Shown one piece after another: positions 41,529 through 53,322 of a stretch of DNA of 64,000 nucleotides. Location of the stretch: assembly GCA_964016885.1 (NCBI GenBank), contig OZ024743.1, positions 39,928,001 through 39,992,000 of the forward strand, in the 5' to 3' direction. The notes beneath the pieces are model-generated. The model searched no databases, was not told where the DNA came from, and saw only the letters and a list, made by a program, of their open reading frames with translations. A program made the position numbers and the translations under genes. Origin of the DNA: Eledone cirrhosa (Eukaryota). How positions within the stretch are numbered: the stretch's first letter is position 1; each line of letters opens with the position of its first letter.

Positions 41529-42467
41529 GAACCTAAAAAAAGCAACCTTTACGGACTTCCGAAGAAACACACGTGTATAATAATTAACGATGCCTATAAA
41601 CAATCCACCTCAACTTGCGTGAACACACAATACCCCACAGACCTTAAATTAAGACCAATTGTAGCGGGCCCACAATGTGAAACACAGACTAAGCAACTTT
41701 ATAGACATACTACTAAAACCAATTCTAAAAAATATTCCAAGTCTTGTAAGAGACGATCTGGACGTCTTAACCCACCTCCTCAAACATGCCAACAACGACA
41801 CTATTATTGTGTCTTTCGATGTAGTGAATCTCTACATAACGATCCCACACCAATATTGATTAGAAACAATAGGATTCTGGTTAGATAAATATCCCAATGA
41901 GATATCACAGAGAATAGAAAAAAGCTTCATCACCGAGGGATTAAAATTCATTTTACAGAACAACCTTTTTCATTTCGATGGCAGTAATTACAAGCAAATA
42001 TCGGGGACTACGATGGGTACAAAAGTTGCTCCGACTTATGCCAACTTTGTCATGCCATACTTGGAAGTCCAGATATATGAAATGTCCAAATCAAAATAAA
42101 TATGGAACTTCCACAAATATTTATCAGAGAATTGGAAACGCTACTTCGATGATTGTCTCCTTCTTTGGTCTCACACACACGACCAACTAAATGATTTCAA
42201 AAATGTAATTAATGGCATCAATAACCACATCCAATTCCCAATGGAATACAGCCAAGATAAACTCCCATTTCTGGACATCTTAATCATAAAAAAGACACAA
42301 ATATTGAAACGGACATACACTACAAACCAACAGATTCCAAACAATACCTGCTATTCACCTCCAACCATCCAAAACACACGAAGACGAATATCCCATTTAA
42401 ATTAGCAAGAAGAATTTGCATAATTGTCTTCAATTATGAAACGCGAATAAAAGACTTCAAGAATTAA
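41529..42467 (+). mobile_element. Second PLE RT fragment, same family as 37393-39085, opposite orientation
   Basis: SNLYGLPK, LRPIVAGP, SFDVVNLY, WKRYFDD; frameshifted. Confidence 0.88.
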
Positions 42468-42792
42468 TCTGTATATTTATTTATTTAAATAAATAAATAA
42501 ACAGATTAAATAAAGATGGCGTAGACATACAATATAACAGGAGGAAACTTAATAGCACCACTGACGATGTTGCAGATGTGCAACGAAATAACTTTGTTAG
42601 ACTATATATATATATATGTGTTCGAGTCTATATTATATCTGTATTTTTGACCGTTGGTCAGTCAATGGTAACATTGAGGACCGAATAAATTAAATTAACT
42701 GATATGAAAGATACAAAAGCCAAAGCCAAACGAACAGTGTGTTCTGTTATTAATTCTGTATTACACAAATATGACCCTCCCCAAGTATAACA

Positions 42793-42826
<34 letters not shown>

Positions 42827-43245
42827 AATGTGACCAACGCGCAAGGTCATCACTTCAGCAAATTATAATAATGTTGATATACGTAAATACATAATTATTG
42901 TTTAATGAAATTTATTTTTTCTTTAGTTTGTCAAAATGATATGAAGTAAATAATGTATTATCTAACTTTAAAACAATTATGCAACTTATTTTTCTGACAC
43001 ATACAATTTCAGGAATAGGTTAACCTAATATATTTCTGTACAATGTATCGTTCAGAAAAAAAAATAAATAAAAATAACTGGAATGCTCTTTTGTCAATAT
43101 TATCCAATTTAAATATACTGAATAGGACGAAACAAAATATTCTTCTGATTTTCAAATGCCAAAAGGAATGTATTGTAAGATATCTATATTCTTATGAGCT
43201 AAAAATTATTATATCTTACAAGGACCAAAGACACACACACCGCTA

Positions 43246-43693
<448 letters not shown>

Positions 43694-43697
<4 letters not shown>

Positions 43698-44174
43698 ATG
43701 CTTTGGGAGGGTCCTGTTGCCGATGAGAAACACACGCACCAGTTGCTTTTTACTTCAATATACTACAAATTAAATATATAAATTTAGGAATTTATAAATT
43801 TCCGGTTGGTTGGTCGGTTTCACAACCAGACATTTGTTCACATATTGTCAAAGTTCCCTCGTCACACACTCCGTGACCTCCCCAGTGGCTGGGGACCCTC
43901 TTTCTCTGTTTGTGTGCCTCTGCTTTGTTCTGTTCTACGCCATCTTGTTTTCGTGTGTGGTGTGTGCCCAGCCCGCGCATGTGCCACATCCGGATCTCGG
44001 AGTGTGTGACGATGGAACTTTGATAATATATGAACAATCGTGTGGTTGTGGAACCGACCAACCAACCGGAAATTTATAAATTCCTAAATTTATAAATTTA
44101 ATTTGTAGTAAATTGAAGTGAAGGCGACTGATGCGTGTTTATTATTGGCAACATGACCCTCCCAAAGCATAACA
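43694..44174. mobile_element. MITE-like element with ~185-bp terminal inverted repeats, TGT...ACA ends and ATAT flanks (Ginger-like termini)
   Basis: tgttatgctttgggagggtc...gaccctcccaaagcataaca; diverged arms around a ~115-bp spacer. Confidence 0.8.
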
Positions 44175-44271
44175 ATATCGGTTTCAACACAAGTTTTCAG
44201 ATAAAAAATCTTGCTAAACAAATTTAGAAACGAAATATATTTATATATATATTTATATATATATTTATATA

Positions 44272-44391
<120 letters not shown>

Positions 44392-45056
44392 TCATGCTCC
44401 CAAGATTACCCCAACATGCCGTTGGTTACCCAAGGTTACCCCGACATGCCGTTCTCAACAACATTTTGAGAAGGAGATTAAATGCAACCAGTTTCTTATT
44501 CATCACAACTGGAGCCAGTTGGCTTCAACCACGGAGACGATAAGCGCCCTGTCGGAATTAACTTCTTCCCATTCAAAAGAGGTAAATGATTTATCTAGGA
44601 TGCGTCATGCAATGACACTTTCTCCGCCTCCACACTAATCGCTTCAGACACAAATCCCGGTTTCGCGGCCCACAATGCAGAAGACAGAAAGTCAAGCAAA
44701 TACTGGGGTAGGCACCCATTGCCGTCGAGACCTCACCCATAATACAGTGGGTATGGTAACTGCGATGATGGTGATAATACAGTTGAAATTAGTAAAATTA
44801 TACTACTGATTGGTGGTGGTGATATTAGCGGCAGTCGTAGGGAAATATCAAAATATAATATAAAATACAGCGTATATTAATACCTCCACTTATTCTCTGG
44901 GAGGGTAATAACCGTTCGGTACAGAGCTAACATGATTTGCAATGGTGGGAATATATGAAAGTAAAAAAAAAATAGGAAATAAGAAATCATGAAAATGAGA
45001 ATATAAATGGATAAGAAAATTAGAAACAAGGAAATAAGAGAACAATGGAAATAAGT

Positions 45057-45240
45057 GGTTCTACATTTGGCACAAGGCCAGCAATTAACCAGTGCATTAG
45101 TGGTACTTCATTTTATCGACCCCGTAATGATGAAAGGCAAAGTTAACCTCGGCAGGAATGAACTCAGAATGGCAAGGGTTGTAACTCTATGCGTCAAAGC
45201 ATTGTGTCCGACCCTCTACCGATACTGCCAATCCACCGGA
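45057..45240 (-). mobile_element. SINE copy (family of 30375-30560)
   Basis: ttttatcgaccccgtaa.gatgaaaggcaaagttaacctcggc. Confidence 0.8.
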
Positions 45241-45942
45241 AATAATGAAAATAATAATGCAAGTAAGGAAATAAGGAATGTAATGAAAATAGGAAAATGT
45301 TGGGTTACCCTCAGTCAGCTATCATGGTATCAGTATATTTTTTACTGATTTTCCCTTTATCAAAATCATCACGGATACAACAAGAAGTTATAGCCACCTC
45401 CATTAATTGATGCATCAACAAGTTTACCAACGTAACTTGTTTTCTTTGTATCACCATCACAAGCAAAACCATCTCATTTGCTAACTCTACTACTTTTCCT
45501 TCATCTTCACTAATGTTAAACGATGTCCAATTCTTTTAGTTCTTTTACTTCCTTAAACGTATCTAAACTTACTTAATCATCATCACCAACTGTTTACACA
45601 AGTAACTCCGTTATCCATTGCATACTTTATTCACTCACCTACGTATCGAAAATATTTTCTATTAATCATCACAACATTAAGGTTTACCACTGACACCAAC
45701 ATCACCACCCACAAGCAGAAATCTATTGAACTGCTTCATTTGATTCAATCCACCTACTACTATAATACAAAGACCATTACCATTCTACTGTTTAATTATT
45801 AATTTTTATTTCAACTCTATCATTATCATAATCCTATATAAACCTGTTTTCACAATAATTCAATTTTTTAGTAAATATTTCATTCAGCCCCATGTTTAGT
45901 GTGAGTGGGTATATGTGTGCGTGTGTGTTTGGTTATTTGGGT

Positions 45943-45980
<38 letters not shown>

Positions 45981-47043
45981 AGCATTTTTAACCCTTTCGT
46001 CTGAAGACTGCCATCCTACTTAATATGTCGTCAGCCTCGTGGTCCTGGCCGAGGGAGATGACTTGGAACAGCCACTCCAATTCACGCGGCTCATAACTTC
46101 GAGCAACCAAATCCGCTCAGATATCAGTCAGCCGGGATGTGATCCGGGAACTATGAACCTCGGACGTCTCCACTGCTACAGGCTCTATCACAAACCTGTC
46201 AGAGACCGGTCGACAGTTGGACAGTTTTCTGTCTTCAGCCTGGCGGGCAGCGAAGCCTGTGCTGTTAGACGAGCACACCGGGTTTATACTAGTGAAGGTG
46301 TCACAACATGAAGCAACCCAAATGAGGGGCCTACTGCATTGAAACATAAGAAAGTCATTTCGCCTGGCCATTTAATCTCCCCTCGGTCCAGCTCTCTTGA
46401 TACACTTGCTTACCCAAGTCATTTTCTACTCATTTTATTTAACCAATTTATCATTATCGTTACCTCCCGAAACATCACCATTTCTTATTGATTCCAATTA
46501 TCGAATGTATTATCATAATCACCAACGCACATACCTTCCTTCTTTTTATTCAACTTAGCTCGTTTTACTGTAGGGTGATTGTGCCTGTTCAGATATCTAG
46601 GGTGAGAAGATAAGTTCATTTGAAATTATCTCTATTCGGTTTAAATAGCACTAGCTTAAATACATGGCATTTGCCAAAAAACAAAATTTAAACTAGTATG
46701 TAGTAACTTCGATATTATATTGAGATTTAATGACGTAGCCTTTCATGTGATAATACGGAATTTTTTTCGCTTTGCTCTGAATATATTGACATTGAAACGA
46801 AATTACACATTTGTACGCTCATGCATTCATGTAAACTGAATAAATATTTAGAAAGTGTGTTTATTTTAAAACTCTATGAAATGAAGGTAAACGAATCCTT
46901 AAGAGGATTTCAGACAAGTTTTATTTCCTATTTATTGTATGCCTTCTCTTGTTTTTTAAACTGAAAAGTCTTCAAACATGGAATTGCATTAATATTAAAG
47001 CACTTGGTGTATTTAGCTTTTCATACTGGTTCTCATTATTTTC

Positions 47044-47098
47044 AACATCATCGTCATCGCCATCATCATCATCATCACCAATCTCATCATCATCATCC

Positions 47099-47131
<33 letters not shown>

Positions 47132-47462
47132 ACATCAACATTGTTACCACCACCATCATCATCATCATCATGTTCATCCTTATCATCAACATCTTCGCCA
47201 TTATTATAATCAGAATCAGCAGTAGCAGCATCTTCTCAGCCACACGATGGTCGTCATCGTCGTAATCATCAAAAGCAGCATCATCATCGTCACAGTTGTC
47301 ATACCCATTCATCATCATCATCCTCATCATCATCATCATCATCGACATATTCGTCATTATCTCTATCGTCATCGTCCACGTCATCATCTTTATTACCATA
47401 ATCATTATCATCACCATCATCAACACCATCGTAACCATGATCGTTGTCAACATCATCATCAT
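47044..47462. repeat. Degenerate (CAT)n low-complexity tract
   Basis: Direct reading. Confidence 0.9.
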
Positions 47463-48474
47463 ATAAGCACATCTTCAGATTATCAATGTTATAGTCTGAC
47501 TAGCGGTGTATATTTCAATGGTGTTAATATTTTATTTTTTCGTTTCTCATACTATCAAATATTTTATTGGAAAATAACAAAAAGTGCCGTCTAGCAAATA
47601 CATTTGGATTTCCAAATTGACAAGACACATTTACTCTCAATGAAAACATATTTATCTGTGCTTCCCCACCCAAATTATGTGTTTCAAAGTTGTGTATGTC
47701 GTAACACCTGTCATGATATCTATTATGAAATCATAATCGAGAAAATGGGTTTTGAGTATAACTAAATCGAGACATTAAGAAGCATATATCAAGGCACTAA
47801 CATCATCCAAAAATAGATGCAATTCCAATCTAATAAAAGCATGTTCAATGCCAAAATGAATGTATCAGTAAAACCAACATCAATTCAAGAAGCGGAAATA
47901 CATACTATAGGAACTCCTTCCGCAAAATCTAACTTCATTCCATACATCGAATCTGAGACTAAAAGAAGAAACGAAACAAGTTCCATTTAGACCTGCGTCC
48001 GTTTCGTGTACAGTTGTTGAAACAGATCGAAACATTAAACAGCTTGTTCGTAGAATCTATGTGCAGGTAGGCGGTTTTTGCACTGCAACGTGCACAAATA
48101 CCGTAGTTCCTAGAGAGGTTCACTCTGTCATATTGTGACGCAACTGTACTTTGCAAATACAGGTACAATTTATTTTTGCCATGGAAGTGATCTGGTGTAA
48201 AGTGACATAAGTGTCTGCAGAATGAAAAATATATACACTTAAATATAAGGCAGCATTTAATAGACTGCGTTCAGCTCTTTGAACATAATGTCAACACTGA
48301 CGCGCCAAATTTCAATATGCTTACAAAACATATGATTAGGATGCGATGTAATATTTGTTTCAAGGTATTGCATTCTGCGCTACAATCACGTGGAGGTACA
48401 CTTTACATTTAAAATATTATATATGGATCTCTCTCCTCTCTCGAACAAAACAAAAATACATTTTGGTATAAATA

Positions 48475-49094
48475 AATATCTAATGTTTATTCTTTCTTTA
48501 TAATGTATTATATAGCTTTATATTGAATCAATCTAATCCATTCAGATTATGTTGTCCCTATTATTCATAGAGTAACAACGGTTAAGGTTGGCACCACACA
48601 AATTCAGGGATATATGTAGGTATATGCATGTCTATGTATGTATTCGCATGTGTCTGTGTATTTCTTTGTATTGGTTATAACTCCCTACAGTAGATTACCC
48701 ACTGAAGTATAGTGACTGCTGTTAAGCTTACACTAATCACACTTCTCGCCCTCCTAGCCAACTCTTCTACGGCCTTGACATAAAGACCCCCTCCTCCTTT
48801 TGTGGTATTTTTATCTTGGTTGTAAGAGGCTTAGCTCTGTTTCTTGACCGCTGTATCACGTGATAAGTTCCTCCTCCGCCTTTCGGGATTCTATCTCGCG
48901 TCCTACGGACGTGTTTTGAAACACTAAATGAGTTATCCTCTTGATAAGTCGGCAAACCTCACACAAATACTGCATATCTATGATGTAATGTTTTTGCATA
49001 ATAGCCCCGAAACTACGTAGTCGAGGATAATGAAGGAATCTAGGTATATTATATATTTTTATTTATATGTAATGTTTCCTTTTTCTTTATAATG

Positions 49095-49097
<3 letters not shown>
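48475..49097 (+). mobile_element. Older diverged ~590-bp unit of the hammerhead repeat family
   Basis: Colinear with the 591-bp unit (gttggcacc, cttctcgcc, ctcttctacggcct, ttagctctgtttct.gaccg); its end motif taatgttt...tttctttataatgtatta recurs at 48481 and 49070. Confidence 0.85.
48933..49030 (+). ncRNA. Type I hammerhead ribozyme, U3-A8 variant (diverged copy; stem II weakened)
   Basis: ttatcctc-TTGATAA-gtcggc...gcccc-GAAA-ctacgtag-TC|gaggataa; 8-bp stem I. Confidence 0.7.
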
Positions 49098-49137
<40 letters not shown>

Positions 49138-49368
49138 GAAACACACAGATACATGCGGACACACACATATATACATGAATGCATCCGCACCCAACTGCGA
49201 GTTAAGGGTGCCAACTTCACCGATGTTGCTCAATGAATGACTGGGACAGACCAATTCAGTTTGAACCAGACTGAACCAGTATCAGAGTTAAAAATACATT
49301 ATGAAGAGAGAAGAAACATTTAGATATAATTGGTAATAAAATGTATCATACCTAAACTGCTCCTAAAT

Positions 49369-49456
49369 TCCTCGACTACGTAGTTTCGTGGCATAAACAA
49401 AAACAATATATCAAAGATATAGAGTCCTTGCGAGGTCTGCCAACTTATCAAGAGGA
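49369..49456 (-). ncRNA. Hammerhead ribozyme (U3-A8), array copy 1
   Basis: Reverse complement of the motif at 51898-51985. Confidence 0.8.
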
Positions 49457-49959
49457 TACCTCATTTTACTAGTCTCAAGAACGCGTCTACATGACGTGAG
49501 AAAGAATCCCAAAAGGCGGAGGGGGAGATAGTCACGCGATATAACGGTCGAGAAACAGAGCTAAACCTCTTATAACCACGAAGAAAATACCACGGAGGCG
49601 GAGGGGGTATTCATATCGAGGCCGTAGAAGAGGTAGTGAAGAAGGCGAGAAGTACGAGTAATGGAAGCTTTCCAGTTGTCCCCACACTTCAAAGATTGCT
49701 CGACCAGAGGGAGTTATTAATATATTTAGAAACACACAGATACATGCGGACACACACATATATACATGAATGCATCCGCACCCAACTGCGAGTTAAGGGT
49801 GCCAACTTCACCGATGTTGCTCAATGAATGACTGGGACAGACCAATTCAGTTTGAACCAGACTGAACCAGTATCAGAGTTAAAAATACATTATGAAGAGA
49901 GAAGAAACATTTAGATATAATTGGTAATAAAATGTATCATACCTAAACTGCTCCTAAAT

Positions 49960-50047
49960 TCCTCGACTACGTAGTTTCGTGGCATAAACAAAAACAATAT
50001 ATCAAAGATATAGAGTCCTTGCGAGGTCTGCCAACTTATCAAGAGGA
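49960..50047 (-). ncRNA. Hammerhead ribozyme (U3-A8), array copy 2
   Basis: 591 bp after copy 1, identical motif. Confidence 0.8.
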
Positions 50048-50550
50048 TACCTCATTTTACTAGTCTCAAGAACGCGTCTACACGACGTGAGAAAGAATCC
50101 CAAAAGGCGGAGGGGGAGATAGTCACGCGATATAACGGTCGAGAAACAGAGCTAAACCTCTTATAACCACGAAGAAAATACCACGGAGGCGGAGGGGGTA
50201 TTCATATCGAGGCCGTAGAAGAGGTAGTGAAGAAGGCGAGAAGTACGAGTAATGGAAGCTTTCCAGTCGTCCCCACACTTCAAAGATTGCTCGACCAGAG
50301 GGAGTTATTAATATATTTAGAAACACACAGATACATGCGGACACACACATATATACATGAATGCATCCGCACCCAACTGCGAGTTAAGGGTGCCAACTTC
50401 ACCGATGTTGCTCAATGAATGACTGGGACAGACCAATTCAGTTTGAACCAGACTGAACCAGTATCAGAGTTAAAAATACATTATGAAGAGAGAAGAAACA
50501 TTTAGATATAATTGGTAATAAAATGTATCATACCTAAACTGCTCCTAAAT

Positions 50551-50638
50551 TCCTCGACTACGTAGTTTCGTGGCATAAACAAAAACAATATATCAAAGAT
50601 ATAGAGTCCTTGCGAGGTCTGCCAACTTATCAAGAGGA
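50551..50638 (-). ncRNA. Hammerhead ribozyme (U3-A8), array copy 3
   Basis: Identical motif. Confidence 0.8.
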
Positions 50639-51141
50639 TACCTCATTTTACTAGTCTCAAGAACGCGTCTACACGACGTGAGAAAGAATCCCAAAAGGCG
50701 GAGGGGGAGATAGTCACGCGATATAACGGTCGAGAAACAGAGCTAAACCTCTTATAACCACGAAGAAAATACCACGGAGGCGGAGGGGGTATTCATATCG
50801 AGGCCGTAGAAGAGGTAGTGAAGAAGGCGAGAAGTACGAGTAATGGAAGCTTTCCAGTTGTCCCCACACTTCAAAGATTGCTCGACCAGAGGGAGTTATT
50901 AATATATTTAGAAACACACAGATACATGCGGACACACACATATATACATGAATGCATCCGCACCCAACTGCGAGTTAAGGGTGCCAACTTCACCGATGTT
51001 GCTCAATGAATGACTGGGACAGACCAATTCAGTTTGAACCAGACTGAACCAGTATCAGAGTTAAAAATACATTATGAAGAGAGAAGAAACATTTAGATAT
51101 AATTGGTAATAAAATGTATCATACCTAAACTGCTCCTAAAT

Positions 51142-51229
51142 TCCTCGACTACGTAGTTTCGTGGCATAAACAAAAACAATATATCAAAGATATAGAGTCC
51201 TTGCGAGGTCTGCCAACTTATCAAGAGGA
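51142..51229 (-). ncRNA. Hammerhead ribozyme (U3-A8), array copy 4, in the palindrome spacer
   Basis: Identical motif. Confidence 0.8.
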
Positions 51230-51897
51230 TACCTCATTTTACTAGTCTCAAGAACGCGTCTACACGACGTGAGAAAGAATCCCAAAAGGCGGAGGGGGAG
51301 ATAGTCACGCGATATAACGGTCGAGAAACAGAGCTAAACCTCTTATAACCACGAAGAAAATACCACGGAGGCGGAGGGGGTATTCATATCGAGGCCGTAG
51401 GAGCAGTTTAGGTATGATACATTTTATTACCAATTATATCTAAATGTTTCTTCTCTCTTCATAATGTATTTTTAACTCTGATACTGGTTCAGTCTGGTTC
51501 AAACTGAATTGGTCTGTCCCAGTCATTCATTGAGCAACATCGGTGAAGTTGGCACCCTTAACTCGCAGTTGGGTGCGGATGCATTCATGTATATATGTGT
51601 GTGTCCGCATGTATCTGTGTGTTTCTAAATATATTAATAACTCCCTCTGGTCGAGCAATCTTTGAAGTGTGGGGACAACTGGAAAGCTTCCATTACTCGT
51701 ACTTCTCGCCTTCTTCACTACCTCTTCTACGGCCTCGATATGAATACCCCCTCCGCCTCCGTGGTATTTTCTTCGTGGTTATAAGAGGTTTAGCTCTGTT
51801 TCTCGACCGTTATATCGCGTGACTATCTCCCCCTCCGCCTTTTGGGATTCTTTCTCACGTCGTGTAGACGCGTTCTTGAGACTAGTAAAATGAGGTA

Positions 51898-51985
51898 TCC
51901 TCTTGATAAGTTGGCAGACCTCGCAAGGACTCTATATCTTTGATATATTGTTTTTGTTTATGCCACGAAACTACGTAGTCGAGGA
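51898..51985 (+). ncRNA. Hammerhead ribozyme (U3-A8), array copy 5; predicted cleavage after C51980
   Basis: Stem I tcctc/gagga; core TTGATAA (51903-51909); stem II gt(t)ggca/tgccac; GAAA (51967-51970); stem III actacgtagt; GUC site. Confidence 0.82.
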
Positions 51986-52488
51986 ATTTAGGAGCAGTTT
52001 AGGTATGATACATTTTATTACCAATTATATCTAAATGTTTCTTCTCTCTTCATAATGTATTTTTAACTCTGATACTGGTTCAGTCTGGTTCAAACTGAAT
52101 TGGTCTGTCCCAGTCATTCATTGAGCAACATCGGTGAAGTTGGCACCCTTAACTCGCAGTTGGGTGCGGATGCATTCATGTATATATGTGTGTGTCCGCA
52201 TGTATCTGTGTGTTTCTAAATATATTAATAACTCCCTCTGGTCGAGCAATCTTTGAAGTGTGGGGACAACTGGAAAGCTTCCATTACTCGTACTTCTCGC
52301 CTTCTTCACTACCTCTTCTACGGCCTCGATATGAATACCCCCTCCGCCTCCGTGGTATTTTCTTCGTGGTTATAAGAGGTTTAGCTCTGTTTCTCGACCG
52401 TTATATCGCGTGACTATCTCCCCCTCCGCCTTTTGGGATTCTTTCTCACGTCGTGTAGACGCGTTCTTGAGACTAGTAAAATGAGGTA

Positions 52489-52576
52489 TCCTCTTGATAA
52501 GTTGGCAGACCTCGCAAGGACTCTATATCTTTGATATATTGTTTTTGTTTATGCCACGAAACTACGTAGTCGAGGA
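52489..52576 (+). ncRNA. Hammerhead ribozyme (U3-A8), array copy 6; cleavage after 52571
   Basis: Identical motif. Confidence 0.82.
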
Positions 52577-53079
52577 ATTTAGGAGCAGTTTAGGTATGAT
52601 ACATTTTATTACCAATTATATCTAAATGTTTCTTCTCTCTTCATAATGTATTTTTAACTCTGATACTGGTTCAGTCTGGTTCAAACTGAATTGGTCTGTC
52701 CCAGTCATTCATTGAGCAACATCGGTGAAGTTGGCACCCTTAACTCGCAGTTGGGTGCGGATGCATTCATGTATATATGTGTGTGTCCGCATGTATCTGT
52801 GTGTTTCTAAATATATTAATAACTCCCTCTGGTCGAGCAATCTTTGAAGTGTGGGGACAACTGGAAAGCTTCCATTACTCGTACTTCTCGCCTTCTTCAC
52901 TACCTCTTCTACGGCCTCGATATGAATACCCCCTCCGCCTCCGTGGTATTTTCTTCGTGGTTATAAGAGGTTTAGCTCTGTTTCTCGACCGTTATATCGC
53001 GTGACTATCTCCCCCTCCGCCTTTTGGGATTCTTTCTCACGTCGTGTAGACGCGTTCTTGAGACTAGTAAAATGAGGTA

Positions 53080-53167
53080 TCCTCTTGATAAGTTGGCAGA
53101 CCTCGCAAGGACTCTATATCTTTGATATATTGTTTTTGTTTATGCCACGAAACTACGTAGTCGAGGA
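53080..53167 (+). ncRNA. Hammerhead ribozyme (U3-A8), array copy 7; cleavage after 53162
   Basis: Identical motif. Confidence 0.82.
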
Positions 53168-53236
53168 ATTTAGGAGCAGTTTAGGTATGATACATTTTAT
53201 TACCAATTATATCTAAATGTTTCTTCTCTCTTCATA

Positions 53237-53322
<86 letters not shown>

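Larger units (their letters stand above)
49130..51400 (-). repeat. Left arm of the 591-bp tandem array (~3.8 units), hammerheads on the minus strand
   Basis: Exact 591-bp period; only two substitutions noticed (near 49492 and 50267). Confidence 0.97.
51398..53242 (+). repeat. Right arm of the 591-bp array (~3.1 units), inverted relative to the left arm
   Basis: Reverse complement of 49294-51138; ends in (TA)n. Confidence 0.97.

Noticed and set aside
44392-44750. GC-richer segment with a short tandem duplication and a CACTG-like end on the minus strand
   Set aside because: Only one putative terminus and no protein evidence.
45988-46420. TTAA-CCCTTTCG piggyBac-like start and GC-richer island
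   Set aside because: No matching opposite TIR and no transposase motif; left unclassified.
46949-47594. His-, Met- and Ser-rich ORFs
   Set aside because: Readings of a degenerate (CAT)n tract, with no exon evidence.
47911-48066. Possible 156-nt host exon (AG...CAG|GTAGGC, open frame)
   Set aside because: Acceptor lacks a polypyrimidine tract, the peptide has no recognisable motif and no partner exons were found.
49532-53004. Repeated 63-aa and 75-aa ORFs in the 591-bp units
   Set aside because: Short, overlapping on opposite strands, no recognisable motif; they recur only because the DNA repeats.
49130-53242. CRISPR array or rDNA/snRNA gene array
   Set aside because: No variable spacers, and I recognised no 5S, U-snRNA or tRNA sequence in the unit.
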